Positions 9,007 to 20,299 are shown, numbered from the stretch's first letter. The stretch is DNA of 64,000 nucleotides from Bdellovibrionales bacterium (GCA_039808765.1 JBDHTQ010000009.1:963-64962), one strand, 5' to 3'. The notes: generated by a model from the sequence alone, not told the origin. Numbers and translations: made by a program.

Positions 9007-9723
9007 TTAACGTTGTGTATCGCTATCTTCATCTATCTCATCATCTTGAGAAGTTGGTTGAACCTTCTGGCGTGCGGCTGTGGCATAGGCGGCCAGTGCA
9101 GCAGCAAATGGATTTGTGCCGCTTGTTGTGCTTTCTTGTTCGTCCATATCTGAGTCAAATGCGTCGCTCTGATCGTTTGCATCCTCAGGCTGAACCATTT
9201 TGGACGGCTTAATTTTTGCGATTTCGGCATCCAGATCGCGCTGCGAGCATAAGCCCAAAAGCACAGGATTTTCCGGCTTGATGTTGGCAATGTTCCAGTG
9301 TGTACGTTCACGAATGCTTTTGATCGTGTCTTTTGTGGTTGCCAACAACCGACCAACGGAGGTATCGGACATGCCTGGATATGTTTTGACCAACCAAGCA
9401 ATAGCGTTTGGTTTTTCGGTACGCTTTGTCATGGGGGTGTAGCGCGGGCCTTTTGTGCGCGCAGCAACTTCCGGCAGATCTTTGCGATCAATCATCTGCA
9501 TCACGGCGGTGGGGTCGGCTTCACAGCGCTTGATTTCTTCGTCTGTAACTTGATTGGTTTGAATAGGGCTAACGCCAATCACGCCGGCGGCGACTTCACC
9601 ATCAGCGATGCTTTTAATTTCGCGTTCGTGCATATCGCAAAATTTAGCAATTTGAGCAAAAGTGAGAATTGTATTTTCTACCAGCCAGACAGCTGTTGCT
9701 TTAGGCATCAGAAGTTTGCTCAT
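9007..9723 (-). CDS. DUF1013-family protein (conserved alphaproteobacterial)
   Basis: Conserved N-terminus MSKLLMPKATAVWLVENTILTFAQIAKFC. GGAGA SD 7 nt upstream of the ATG at 9723. The longer ORF up to 9774 lacks an SD. Confidence 0.65.
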   Translation of the reverse strand: MSKLLMPKATAVWLVENTILTFAQIAKFCDMHEREIKSIADGEVAAGVIGVSPIQTNQVTDEEIKRCEADPTAVMQMIDRKDLPEVAARTKGPRYTPMTKRTEKPNAIAWLVKTYPGMSDTSVGRLLATTKDTIKSIRERTHWNIANIKPENPVLLGLCSQRDLDAEIAKIKPSKMVQPEDANDQSDAFDSDMDEQESTTSGTNPFAAALAAYATAARQKVQPTSQDDEIDEDSDTQR

Positions 9724-9957
9724 GGTTGTTCTCCCCAAATAATTATAGCTTACCCGTTCTCCGCTGCGAAACACAACGAAGCCTCACGAACCTTCTTGTG
9801 TTGCGGGAGGATGATCCAAGAACCAGACCACGCAGGTGTTATACCTGTTCTTACACCATGGGGCAACTGAAATTAGAGAAATGAGGAAAATAAATATTGA
9901 TTTCGTGCTATAAACATTAATTATTTATCAATAGACGTTCTAAAAATGAGGAAAATA

Positions 9958-10146
9958 ATGAACTTAGAAGATCTTGAGCCAGCCCCCAAACAATCGGTCG
10001 CGTTAGCGGCGAAAGATTTAAGCATGCTCGGAATTGCGGAGCTTAAAACCTATGTGGGTGAGCTGGAGGCAGAAATTTGTCGCGTTCAAGCAGAAATTGC
10101 TAAAAAACAAAGCCACCGCGCGGCTGCAGATGCCTTTTTTAAGTAG
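9958..10146 (+). CDS. DUF1192-like small protein
   Basis: MNLEDLEP...LKTYVGELEAEICRVQAEIAKKQ. GAGGAA SD precedes the ATG at 9958. Confidence 0.55.
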   Translation: MNLEDLEPAPKQSVALAAKDLSMLGIAELKTYVGELEAEICRVQAEIAKKQSHRAAADAFFK

Positions 10147-10274
10147 AGTGTCGGGTTGGTTTGTTTTGAGCGCATCTCCCAAAGTCATGCGCGCTCTGTT
10201 TCATTTCTTTTGACGCAAATACGTCGTCAAAGATGGGCTCTTTCGATCCCATCTTTTCGGGATTTGCTCTCGTG

Positions 10275-10517
10275 CTATGAATGCGTGGTAAGAGCGTGCC
10301 GCAGACAAAAAACTCTTAGCGCGCTGGCGAGGTTACGCATGCCGCGCAAAGCATCCACATCATGAATAAGTTGCGCAAGCGACTTACCTTCTTTTTGTGC
10401 GTGTGCTTCGAGTGCGTGCCAAAATTCTTCCTCTAAGGCAATAGATGTTGCATGCCCCGACACCCGCACAGAGCGTTTGATGAGCTTCAAAGAGGCCGGA
10501 TCAACGGGCTTGACCAA
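10275..10517 (-). CDS. Ribbon-helix-helix domain protein (RHH family commonly found next to fumC)
   Basis: 80 aa; [38 protein letters not shown] matches the RHH pattern. It overlaps the fumC end by 17 nt. Confidence 0.55.
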   Translation of the reverse strand: MVKPVDPASLKLIKRSVRVSGHATSIALEEEFWHALEAHAQKEGKSLAQLIHDVDALRGMRNLASALRVFCLRHALTTHS

Positions 10518-11928
10518 TCATTTTCTCCGGAAGCACCCAAGCGTCAAACTCTTCCGCCGACAGGAAACCCAGCTCGATCGCAGCGTCTTTCAACGTTTTG
10601 TCTTCAGCCAGCGCCTTTTTTGCAACTTTCGCAGCTTTGTCGTAGCCAATATGGGGATTAAGGGCCGTTACCAGCATCAAGCTGCGGGAGAGATGAGATT
10701 TGATGATGTTCTCGTTAGCCTCAATGCCGACTAAACAATTATTGGCAAAGCTGCGGCATGCATCGGTGAGTAGGCGGATCGATTGCAAAACATTGTAGAT
10801 GATGACGGGTTTAAACACATTTAACTCAAGGTGGCCAGAGGCTCCGGCGATTGTTACAGTAGTGTGATTACCCATTACTTGTGCGCAAACCATTGTCATT
10901 GCTTCGCTTTGTGTTGGGTTGACCTTGCCGGGCATGATTGAGGAGCCAGGTTCGTTTTCGGGCAAATGTATCTCACCAATACTGCAGCGCGGGCCACTGC
11001 CCAGTAAGCGAATGTCATTGGCAATTTTCATAAGCGAGCAGGCAATCGTGTTCATCGCCCCGGAGGTTTCTACCAACGCGTCATGACCGGCTAATGCCTC
11101 AAATTTATTTTCAGCGCTGGTAAAAGGCAGGTCGGTGATGCGTGCTACTTCCGTTGCAAATTTTTCTGCAAAACCGGTGGGGCAGTTAATACCTGTTCCT
11201 ACCGCTGTGCCTCCTTGGGCAAGCTGCAGCACACGGGGCATAACGGCTTGAATGCGGTCGATGGCATAGCGAATTTGGGTAGCGTATCCAGAAAACTCCT
11301 GTCCCAACGTAACAGGCGTTGCGTCTTGCATGTGCGTGCGACCAACTTTGATGATCGACTTAAATTGCTCGGTTTTGCCGTCTAGGGTCGTTCTCATGTG
11401 TTCAAGGGCGGGCAAAAGTTCATGCGCTAACTGTTCGGCGGTCGCAATGTGCATCGCCGTGGGGAAACTATCGTTGGACGACTGGCCGTAGTTTACGTGG
11501 TCATTGGGATGGACAGGTTTTTTTGATCCCATGGTGCCGCCAAGCACTTCGATTGCGCGATTGGAAATGACTTCATTCACGTTCATGTTTGTCTGTGTGC
11601 CCGAACCTGTTTGCCAGACCACGAGGGGAAAATGATCGTCCAGATTGCCATCAATAACTTCATCGGCAGCGGCAACAATTGCATCGGCGACGCTTGCGTC
11701 GAGTGTGCCGAGTGATTTGTTGGTGAGGGCAGCCGCCTTTTTGACAACACCGTAGGCGCGGATCAAGGGCAGCGGCATTTTCTCTGTGCCGATTTCAAAG
11801 TTTTGATAACTGCGTTGTGTCTGTGCACCCCAATATTTATCAGCAGGAACAGCAACCTCACCCATTGAGTCGGTTTCAATGCGTTGTGGATTAGATTGTT
11901 CTGTATCTTTTTCAAGCGGTTGGCTCAT
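10501..11928 (-). CDS. fumC: Fumarate hydratase, class II
   Basis: 475 aa. Fumarate lyase signature [16 protein letters not shown], plus the N-terminal [25 protein letters not shown]. Confidence 0.95.
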   Translation of the reverse strand: MSQPLEKDTEQSNPQRIETDSMGEVAVPADKYWGAQTQRSYQNFEIGTEKMPLPLIRAYGVVKKAAALTNKSLGTLDASVADAIVAAADEVIDGNLDDHFPLVVWQTGSGTQTNMNVNEVISNRAIEVLGGTMGSKKPVHPNDHVNYGQSSNDSFPTAMHIATAEQLAHELLPALEHMRTTLDGKTEQFKSIIKVGRTHMQDATPVTLGQEFSGYATQIRYAIDRIQAVMPRVLQLAQGGTAVGTGINCPTGFAEKFATEVARITDLPFTSAENKFEALAGHDALVETSGAMNTIACSLMKIANDIRLLGSGPRCSIGEIHLPENEPGSSIMPGKVNPTQSEAMTMVCAQVMGNHTTVTIAGASGHLELNVFKPVIIYNVLQSIRLLTDACRSFANNCLVGIEANENIIKSHLSRSLMLVTALNPHIGYDKAAKVAKKALAEDKTLKDAAIELGFLSAEEFDAWVLPEKMIGQAR

Positions 11929-12002
11929 TGTTTGCTCCTAGAGGTTAAGAATGCCAGCAGCGTGCTGTAACGAAATTCGGTCAATAATTATCTAAAGTGT
12001 GA

Positions 12003-12599
12003 GTGTTAACAAAACCTTCTCATCTTTTTCTTGTTTGTTGTCGAGACCATCATTGTGATGGGCGACCATATCACTCCTTTTTCAAGGCTGCAATTCTTCC
12101 CGCAGTATTTTTTAGCTTAACTGTGGTGAATCTGAACAAAATGATGCCACCCCCTTTTTTGTTAGTGTTCCGAAACTATATCCGGTCTGGGAGGTATCAT
12201 AAATTGGGACAGCATGTGGCCATACGCCCGGTGCGCAGGATTTATCATAAAGAAACGATGGATGACGTTGTTGCTGAAGCTCTGGTGTCGCGGGCGCAGG
12301 TCATCTTTGATCGTTTGAACGATGAACAAGAAGTACGCAATGTTTTGATAAAGTTGCTTTTTATTATTCAACGACGAACAACGGCTTTTCCCATTCATGA
12401 TGAGGTGCGACGTGTTCTTGATCAATCAGTGCACGGGCTTAGTCATTGTCTTGAAAACCGCACGGGTAATCCTTTAGAAATGGGCGCTGCTCTACGTACG
12501 GTGACCATGGTTCTCAATTATCTTCGAGAAAAGCAGCTTTTGAAGGCTCTGGAGTGCGGATTTGCAAAATTGAATTCTCCAACCAAGCATTATCATTAG
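12003..12599 (+). CDS. Hypothetical protein; real start probably internal
   Basis: 198-aa open frame with no recognisable motif. It lies between fumC and tRNA-Val. Confidence 0.3.
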   Translation: MLTKPSHLFLVCCRDHHCDGRPYHSFFKAAILPAVFFSLTVVNLNKMMPPPFLLVFRNYIRSGRYHKLGQHVAIRPVRRIYHKETMDDVVAEALVSRAQVIFDRLNDEQEVRNVLIKLLFIIQRRTTAFPIHDEVRRVLDQSVHGLSHCLENRTGNPLEMGAALRTVTMVLNYLREKQLLKALECGFAKLNSPTKHYH

Positions 12600-12715
12600 G
12601 GTTTTGGGCAAAAGGGGGCGCGTGATTGTGACTTCTAAAGCGGCGTGCTTGCATCACGGTTCTTTGCCGAGCACATTTTGCTTGGAGTACATCATGGATG
12701 TGAAGAGGGATGTAA

Positions 12716-12790
<75 letters not shown>

Positions 12791-12923
12791 ACACTTCCGA
12801 CGACGACAGGGAAGCCGGGTGGTCTTAGCATCCTTAAGGCGTCTTTGGCAAGCCTTGGTGGCAAAAATTTTTTTTCATGATCAGGGGTTGAACAATTCGT
12901 GAACATACGGTAGCTTTCGGCCT

Positions 12924-14360
12924 ATGGCGAAACCGACCTCACATTATGTTTGTCAATCTTGTGGTTCGACCAGTTTAAAATGGGCTGGGCGATGCGACGG
13001 CTGTGGGGAGTGGAACACTTTGGTAGAAGAAGCGCTTCCCCAAGCTGTGCCCAAGGGGCTTTCACCTGCAAAGAGCGGTCGTCGGATCGAGTTTGTGGGT
13101 TTGCAAGGCGAGGCCAAGGTTTTACCCCGCCAACAATGCGGCATCAGTGAGTTTGATCGTGTGACGGGTGGGGGGTTCGTGCGCGGCTCCGTTCTTTTGG
13201 TCGGCGGCGATCCTGGCATCGGTAAGTCTACGCTTCTACTACAGGTTACTGGCCGCTTGGCGCAAAAAAATCAAAGCCTATTACAAAGCACTTCTCAAAC
13301 AGTTCAGCATGAAGGTGAGAGTGTCGTTTATATTTCCGGGGAAGAGGCGATTGATCAGGTGCGTCTGCGGGCCGAGCGTTTGGGGTTGTCGCAAAGTCAG
13401 GTGGCTTTAGCTTCTGCGACGTCCGTACGCGATATCGTGGCAACATTAGAATCTTCTCCACCGCAATTAGTTATTATCGACTCTATTCAAACTATGTATC
13501 TGGATCAGTTGGATAGTGCGCCTGGTACGGTTGCTCAAGTGCGGGCCTGCGCTCACGAACTTATACGTTTGGCAAAACGCACAGGCACCATTGTGGTGTT
13601 GGTTGGGCATGTTACCAAAGAGGGAACATTAGCCGGGCCACGGGTTCTTGAGCATATGGTTGATGCTGTGCTGTATTTTGAAGGCGAACGAGGGCATCAG
13701 TTTCGTATTCTCCGAACAGTCAAAAATCGCTATGGCCCAACGGACGAGATCGGTGTTTTTGAAATGACCGAAGCGGGATTGATGGAAGTGCCCAACCCTT
13801 CGGCCCTCTTTTTATCAGACCGCAAAGGCGACGTTTCTGGGGCTGTGGTTTTTGCCGGAATGGAGGGTACGCGACCCGTATTGGTTGAGATTCAGGCCCT
13901 CGTTGCACCTTCATCTTTGGGAACGCCCCGACGCGCCGTGGTTGGATGGGATTCAGCACGCCTCGCTATGGTGTTAGCGGTATTGGAAGCCCGCTGTGGG
14001 GTGGTGATGGGTGCGAATGATGTTTATCTCAATGTTGCTGGAGGACTGAGAATCAACGAGCCTGCAGCAGATTTGGCGGTTGCAGCGGCGCTGGTGTCGG
14101 CGCTAACGGGGGTTCCTGCGCCGTCCAAGGCCTTGTTTTTTGGCGAAATTGGCTTGTCGGGAGAAGTGAGGCCGGTGGGGCAAAGCGATGTGCGCTTAAA
14201 GGAAGGCGCTAAACTTGGTTTTGAGAGTGCATTTGTGCCTGCTTTGCGTAAATCGCATAAAACGCATGCGGCTTTACCGTTGCATCCAATTGATACGTTG
14301 GCTAACCTGCTGCCGCTTTTCGCAGCATCTTCTGCGCAAAGGAATACTCACGCATCATAA
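12924..14360 (+). CDS. radA: DNA repair protein RadA/Sms
   Basis: 478 aa. N-terminal zinc finger (CQSCGSTSLKWAGRCDGCGEWNTL), Walker A (GGDPGIGKST), a KNRYGPTDE motif and a Lon-like C-terminal domain. Confidence 0.95.
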   Translation: MAKPTSHYVCQSCGSTSLKWAGRCDGCGEWNTLVEEALPQAVPKGLSPAKSGRRIEFVGLQGEAKVLPRQQCGISEFDRVTGGGFVRGSVLLVGGDPGIGKSTLLLQVTGRLAQKNQSLLQSTSQTVQHEGESVVYISGEEAIDQVRLRAERLGLSQSQVALASATSVRDIVATLESSPPQLVIIDSIQTMYLDQLDSAPGTVAQVRACAHELIRLAKRTGTIVVLVGHVTKEGTLAGPRVLEHMVDAVLYFEGERGHQFRILRTVKNRYGPTDEIGVFEMTEAGLMEVPNPSALFLSDRKGDVSGAVVFAGMEGTRPVLVEIQALVAPSSLGTPRRAVVGWDSARLAMVLAVLEARCGVVMGANDVYLNVAGGLRINEPAADLAVAAALVSALTGVPAPSKALFFGEIGLSGEVRPVGQSDVRLKEGAKLGFESAFVPALRKSHKTHAALPLHPIDTLANLLPLFAASSAQRNTHAS

Positions 14361-14937
14361 AATTCGACGAACAGACTGTAAAAAATGGAGCAAATATCGT
14401 AATGGTTTTGGCGAAAAAATGAGGCATGATGGGCCGTATCCTTGTTGTTTTTTTATCCATTCTTGACACGCAGATAACATACAAAAATGAACTTGACGTT
14501 GGGTTGGAAGGTGTTGCGAAAACAACCCGAGAATAACTGAAAAATCTGCACTCAGGCGTGAACCTTGCCGTTGGTATCAGATGGTTTGCGCTCGTTCTTC
14601 GTGGGTTTTTTACTGCTTATGACCTGTTTTCAAGATCGTGGTGCGATTTTTTTAAAAATGCTGTTGATCTGTGTAGAGCTGCGCACTGCCATTACAGTTC
14701 AAATACATATCCTGTTGCGCTTGAGTGCCCCTTTTGTCTGCCGGTACTGCGTATATGAAGCAAAGGGGCATCCTATTTGGCTGCACACTGTATTATCGAT
14801 CCTCATGGTGAAATAAAATAGTGTAAAACAAAAACGCACTCTCCTTATTAATTGCAAAACTTAAACTTTCTCATAGAATAACGTGACTTTAGCGGGCATT
14901 TATGCTAGAGGCGAGGCAAGATGAAGAGGATATTAAA

Positions 14938-15735
14938 ATGAGTTTAATGGGTGCAAATCCGATTGATATTATTGTTGTTGTGATCATTCTTGTCTCGGCT
15001 TTGCTTGCGCTGGTACGCGGTTTGGTGGCTGAGGTATTCTCGATCATGGGATGGATATTATCATTTTTTGCTGTTTTGTACGGCTCGAAACCTCTTCTAC
15101 CGGTTTTTGAGGGTATGTTAGGTGGGCCGGGTTTGCTGGCAACAGGTGTGACAGTCGGTTTTATTTTTGTGATGACGTTAGTGCTGATGACGTCTGTCAG
15201 CTATCTTATTTCAAGTGCGATGCGTCGTCATCACTTAAGTGCGATTGACCGCTCTCTGGGGTTTTTATTTGGTTTAGTCCGTGGAGGGCTGCTGGTTAGT
15301 CTTTTATTTATCGCGGTAACGTTTATTTTTCCCATGCCTGCTGAGGGAAAAAAAGTTGAAGAAAATACAGTGCAGGCCGTTTTGATTGAAGCGAAGACCT
15401 TGTCACTGATGCAATCCGGCGCAAAGCTTTTGACCTCTTTTGCGCCGAATAAAACGCTTTCGGTTGAAGATCTGAGCAATAATGCGCTAACCGAGCTACT
15501 GAAGAAAAAGAATGGCACCAATGGTGCCTCGTCATCTTCTAACGAGCCTGTTGGGTACTCTAATCAGGTGCGCGACAAACTTATGTCTGTGATTGATCGT
15601 TCGGAAAATGTGGAGAGCTCTCCAACAAACAGCCCCGATTCCGCAAAGGATAACGCGTCACCTGCATCCTCATCAAATCCCCGTTCTGCTCCCGCTCTAG
15701 CAACGCCTGTCCTAGAGGGGCGACCGCGCGACTGA
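14938..15735 (+). CDS. cvpA: CvpA-family membrane protein with an extended Ser/Pro-rich C-terminus
   Basis: CvpA-like TM N-terminus (IDIIVVVIILVSALLALVRGLVAEVFSI). GAGGA SD 8 nt upstream of the ATG at 14938; the ORF is open from 14902. Usual radA-cvpA synteny. Confidence 0.75.
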   Translation: MSLMGANPIDIIVVVIILVSALLALVRGLVAEVFSIMGWILSFFAVLYGSKPLLPVFEGMLGGPGLLATGVTVGFIFVMTLVLMTSVSYLISSAMRRHHLSAIDRSLGFLFGLVRGGLLVSLLFIAVTFIFPMPAEGKKVEENTVQAVLIEAKTLSLMQSGAKLLTSFAPNKTLSVEDLSNNALTELLKKKNGTNGASSSSNEPVGYSNQVRDKLMSVIDRSENVESSPTNSPDSAKDNASPASSSNPRSAPALATPVLEGRPRD

Positions 15736-15815
15736 TTGGCGAGGCCTAAAGCCAGAGAAAATCCATTAAATAAAAAAAAGGTGGATTTTTGAGGTTTTTT
15801 TTATTAGTAATGCCT

Positions 15816-15913
15816 GTGGGGGATCGGCGTGGACGCACGTGTCGCCAACCCGGTCAGGGCCGAAAGGCAGCAGCCGTAACGAATTTCGGGCGGGTCGCTG
15901 TCCGGTCTCCCAC
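15816..15913 (+). ncRNA. ffs: Signal recognition particle RNA (small 4.5S type)
   Basis: About 98 nt forming a long imperfect hairpin (5' GTGGGGGATCGGCG... pairing with ...CGCTGTCCGGTCTCCCAC 3'). The apical region contains the conserved domain IV motif GGTCAGGGCCGAAAGGCAGCAGCC, which matches the E. coli 4.5S GGUCAGGUCCGGAAGGAAGCAGCC. Confidence 0.85.
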
Positions 15914-16022
15914 TTTTCTAACAATGTGCTTAAAAACTCAGAAATCATAAAACTTTTTAAATAAGCTCTTTACTGCGCTCTGATTGTCGTGCGTCAGTCC
16001 CTATGTTTGCTGAAGGGGAGTG

Positions 16023-17261
16023 TTAGCGGTTGTCATTTCTTGGCTTTGCTTTTCCGGCTTCACCACATAACCGGAAAGCGTAGGCGGCCGCAAGAGGACC
16101 AATTGTCTCGAAAATGGCAACCATCGAAAAAACGATGGCTTCAATTTCTGAAGCAATTTCTGAGTCTAAGTGATTAAGCGCAGATGCAAGTCCAATCGCC
16201 ATACCTGCCATAGGGATTAAAAGTAGGCTGATTGCTTTTTCTTGCGGGCGAAAAAATCTATTGTGTCGAGAAGCGGCAATTACACCCATAAATTTACTGA
16301 GCGAGCGAATTAAAACGAGAAGGATGGGGGCTAAGCCTAGGGCTAAAAAGAGGCTGGGGTCGATTTTTGCTCCGGCCATCACAAACAAAATAATGAAAAA
16401 AATATCTCCGCCCTCACCAAGAGTAATTCGTGTGAGATTGTGCTTTGAGGATTCAAACCAACGCGTTGCTATTCCCAGCACCAATGGTGCTAGCAACGAC
16501 GAAATACCAAACATTGTGCACGTTCCTAAAGTCAGCATTACAGCTCCTACAATAATGGCAAAACGATAATGCTGATCGTGCTCGTGCAGAAGTTTTGTTA
16601 TGTGGATAGCTAGCCAAGCGATCAAGACGCCGATAATTATTGCGCCAATCAACGGAATAAAAGGAATAAACGGAATCAAAATGAGGTTATCTATAGATTC
16701 GCTTTGATATTTAATGAGCGCAGCGGGCATCACAAACGAAAAAAGTAAAAAAGAGATGAGGTTATTCATCGCAACAAGTGATTTGACATGTTCAGTCACT
16801 GGGCCTTTTGTTTTGAGTTCTTCAGAAACATGCACAAGTACAGCTGGCGATGAAGAAACAGAAATAGCCCCAATTATGCTTGAAAAGACCAAATCATAAC
16901 CGAGCGCAAGCATAAGAAGAGTTGTCAGTATAAATGTTGTTCCTGTTTCAAGCGCCGCCATCATCATCAGGCGTTTTGAGTGTAACATCTGTCTTGGATG
17001 TAACATATTTCCCAAACGATAAAGAATAAGGCCAATCGCAATATCGGTGAGAACGCTCGATTCACCTAAGACAGTTTTGTCAATTATTCCTAATCCATGA
17101 GGCCCAATCATAAATCCTATAAACATGAATGATGTAATTGTTGGCATCCATTTCAGGCGTGATGCAAGCGTGCCACCTAAGACCCCCATCAGCAAAAACA
17201 TCCCGAAAACAAACATTACATTTGGTTGAAAGGAGATAAATTCTGTTAGAAAGCTATCCAT
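16023..17261 (-). CDS. Monovalent cation:proton antiporter (CPA family)
   Basis: 412 aa, 10 or more TM segments with Na+/H+ exchanger-like hydrophobic motifs. Confidence 0.75.
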   Translation of the reverse strand: MDSFLTEFISFQPNVMFVFGMFLLMGVLGGTLASRLKWMPTITSFMFIGFMIGPHGLGIIDKTVLGESSVLTDIAIGLILYRLGNMLHPRQMLHSKRLMMMAALETGTTFILTTLLMLALGYDLVFSSIIGAISVSSSPAVLVHVSEELKTKGPVTEHVKSLVAMNNLISFLLFSFVMPAALIKYQSESIDNLILIPFIPFIPLIGAIIIGVLIAWLAIHITKLLHEHDQHYRFAIIVGAVMLTLGTCTMFGISSLLAPLVLGIATRWFESSKHNLTRITLGEGGDIFFIILFVMAGAKIDPSLFLALGLAPILLVLIRSLSKFMGVIAASRHNRFFRPQEKAISLLLIPMAGMAIGLASALNHLDSEIASEIEAIVFSMVAIFETIGPLAAAYAFRLCGEAGKAKPRNDNR

Positions 17262-17495
17262 TTCTATTCCATGCGTTAGTGAGTTATAGGTTGTGTCTAT
17301 GATGGCACGCCGAACCAGTTTACAATAACAGTCAGTTGTTAAAATTTATCATAGTTTAAAGAAGTATTTATGTGTTCGAAAGGTGATGGTCCAAATATTT
17401 TTTGGATGCTTTAGTTGAAAAAAAGAATTGCCTGTGGCCGCATTGGGGCGATCATGTTCGCTAGAATTGTGGTATCGACTCAAACAAATACCTGA

Positions 17496-20299
17496 TTAAT
17501 GAGCTTCTGCCCAATTTTGACCGGCACCAACTTCAACGATGAGCGGAACAGTAAGTGTGGCAACTGTTTCCATGATATTTTTGATTAGCAATCCTGTTTG
17601 CTCTGCCTCAGAAACGGGTACCTCAAAAACAAGTTCGTCATGGACCTGCAAAAGCATTCGACCAGATAACCCAGCCTTTAGTAAGGCAGAAGGAATTTTT
17701 CCCATGGCTTTTTTGATCACATCTGCGGCACTTCCTTGCAGTGGAGCGTTGATCGCCTGCCGCTCAGCAAAGCTTCGGCGCGCGTTGTTCTTGTCATTCA
17801 TGCCGTTGATATAGCATTTTCGACCAAAGATGGTGGTTATATAACCTTTATCACGCGCCATGCTTTTCATCGATTCCATATAGTCGCGCAGTTGCGGAAA
17901 GCGCTCAAAATAAATTTTAATAAATTGGGAGGCCTCGCTTTGCGCAATGCCAAGGTTGCGGGCTAAACCAAAGGCAGAGATGCCATAAATGATGCCGAAG
18001 TTGATGGCTTTTGCGCGTCGTCTGAGATCGCTGCTCACTTGATCATGAGGAACGCCAAAAACCTCGCTTGCGGTGCGGCGATGAATGTCTTCATTGTTTA
18101 AAAAAGCTTCTTTTAGAGCAGGAATATCTGCCACGTGAGCCAGTAAACGTAATTCAATTTGAGAGTAGTCAGCAGAAAGAAGAATATTGCTTTGCTCTGC
18201 AACAAAAGCCCGACGAATAAGGCGTCCTTCTTCGGAACGAATGGGGATGTTTTGTAAGTTTGGGTCTGTCGACGAGAATCGCCCCGTCACAGTGGCCGCC
18301 AAGGCAAACGATGTATGCACGCGTCCTGAACGTGGATTGATCTGTTGTTGCAGGGATTCCGTATAAGTGCTGCGTAGTTTGTGATATTGACGCCAATCGA
18401 GAATTTTTTGAGCAATGTCATATCCCTGTGCCGCTAGGGTATCAAGTACGTCAGCATCGGTTACCCATGCCCCGTTTTTACTGCGCACGCCGCCGGGCAG
18501 TTGAAGATTATCAAACAAAACTTCGCCTAATTGTTTGGGTGAGGCGAGGTTGAATGTGGTTTTGGCAAGTGCATAAATGTCTGTTTCAAGCACAAGCATT
18601 TTTTGGCTAAATTCTTGAGAAAGAACGCGCAAGATATCCGGATTGATGCGTACGCCATCCAATTCCATCGCTCCCACAATAGCGGGCAACGGGCGTTCAA
18701 TCAGTTCATAAAGTGTTGTTTGCTTTTCAGAAACCAACCGCGGTTTTAAGCAGTGCCATAAGCGCAGGGTAACGTCGGCATCTTCGGCGGCATAAGCGCA
18801 GGCTTTATCGAGTGGCACCTGATCAAAAGTGATTTGGGTTTTTCCGGTTCCACAGACGTCTGAAAAAGGAATGGGGGTATGATCCAAAAAGAGTGTTGAC
18901 AACGTATCCATACCGTGGCCATGCAGGCCATTGTCCAGAACAGAAGACAGCAACATGGTGTCGTCATAGGGATAGAGATGAATGCCGTGTTGCGCGAACA
19001 TTTGCCAATCAAATTTGACGTTTTGACCGATCTTTAAAACAGCATGATCTTCAAGCAAGGGCTTGAGCAAGGCAAGGGCGCGTTGCATATCAAGTTGTTC
19101 AATCTCTGAATGGCCTAGCAGTGCTTGTGTGTCACGATGCGCCAGCGGAATGTAGCAGGCTTCACCTGGGCTTAAGGCAAGAGAGATACCCACCAGATCA
19201 GCTTTTGCCGGGATCAGCGAGGTGGTTTCGGTATCAATTGCAATCACTGCTTGAGCGTGGGCTTTCTCAATCCAATCTTGTAGAACAGCCTCATCTTGAA
19301 TCAACATGTATGTGCCAAAAGGGGCTTGATGTTGTGGTTTTTTAAGCTGAGCTGGTGCACTTAGTTTCTCGTTTAAACCGACTGCAGAAAAAGAGGGGAC
19401 TGCAGGAGCGTTCACTTTAATGCCGGACTTGCTTGCAATACGCGCTGAAAGCGTTTTAAACCCTTGATGCAGTAACCATGATTGTAAAGCATCAGGATCA
19501 GGTTCGGGGGCGGTGATAGCGGTTAAAGGCAAGGGGAGAGGTGCGTTGGCATCCAGCTCGATCAGGCGGCGCGACAGGCGAATCTGCTCTGCACAGGTGA
19601 CGAGTGTTTCGCGCCGTTTGGCTTGTTTAATATTATCAGCTTGATGCAACAAATTTTCCAGTGTTTCATATTCGCCAAGAAGTTGGGCAGCGGTTTTTAC
19701 ACCAATTCCCGGCGCACCGGGAACATTGTCGGCGGTATCGCCGACTAAGGCCAACAGATCACCGACTTGATCCGGTCTTACACCAAATTTTTCATACACT
19801 TCGCGGTCGGTAATCTCTTTGTTTTTCATGGGATCAATGAGGCGAATGCCAGGTCGGATCAGCTGAAACAAGTCTTTGTCACTGGAATAAATCTGCACAT
19901 CACCGCCTGATATTTCTGTTTCACGCGCATAAGAAGCAATTAAATCATCGGCTTCATATTCGGCCAGCTCGGCGCAGGCACATCCAAATGCTTTTGCAGA
20001 TTCACGAATAAGAGCAAATTGTGGAATTAGCTCGGGAGGGGGGGGGGGCGATGGGCTTTGTACTCAGGATACAGCGTTGTGCGAAAACTGGTGCGCCCCG
20101 CATCAAAAATCACTAAGACGCGTGCCCCCTTTTGTTCTTCCAGAAGTTTATAGAGCATGGCGCTAAACCCATAAACTGCCCCCACGGGTGTGCCATCCGC
20201 AGGGCGGGTAAGGGGGGGAAGGGCGTGAAAAGCGCGAAAAATGTAACCTGATCCATCAATCAAGATTAAAGGAGCGGCGGGCGAGCAGTCTAAATCCAT
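17496..20299 (-). CDS. polA: DNA polymerase I, reading frame interrupted by a frameshift in an 11-G homopolymer (20038-20048)
   Basis: ORF 17496-19898 encodes the 3'-5' exonuclease and polymerase domains (...ELRLLAHVADI..., HDELVFEV). ORF 20027-20299 encodes the start of the 5'-3' exonuclease domain (LILIDGSGYIFRAFHALPP...YKAHRPPPLPS*). By hand translation, the polymerase frame continues upstream through the G-run as SPPPPPPELIPQFALIRES, which matches the conserved polA segment after YKAxRP. The two parts join only if the run is +1 or -2 nt. Confidence 0.85.

Noticed and set aside
15766-15948. 60-aa minus-strand ORF
   Set aside because: It overlaps the SRP RNA helix completely, and its composition reflects the RNA structure rather than coding.
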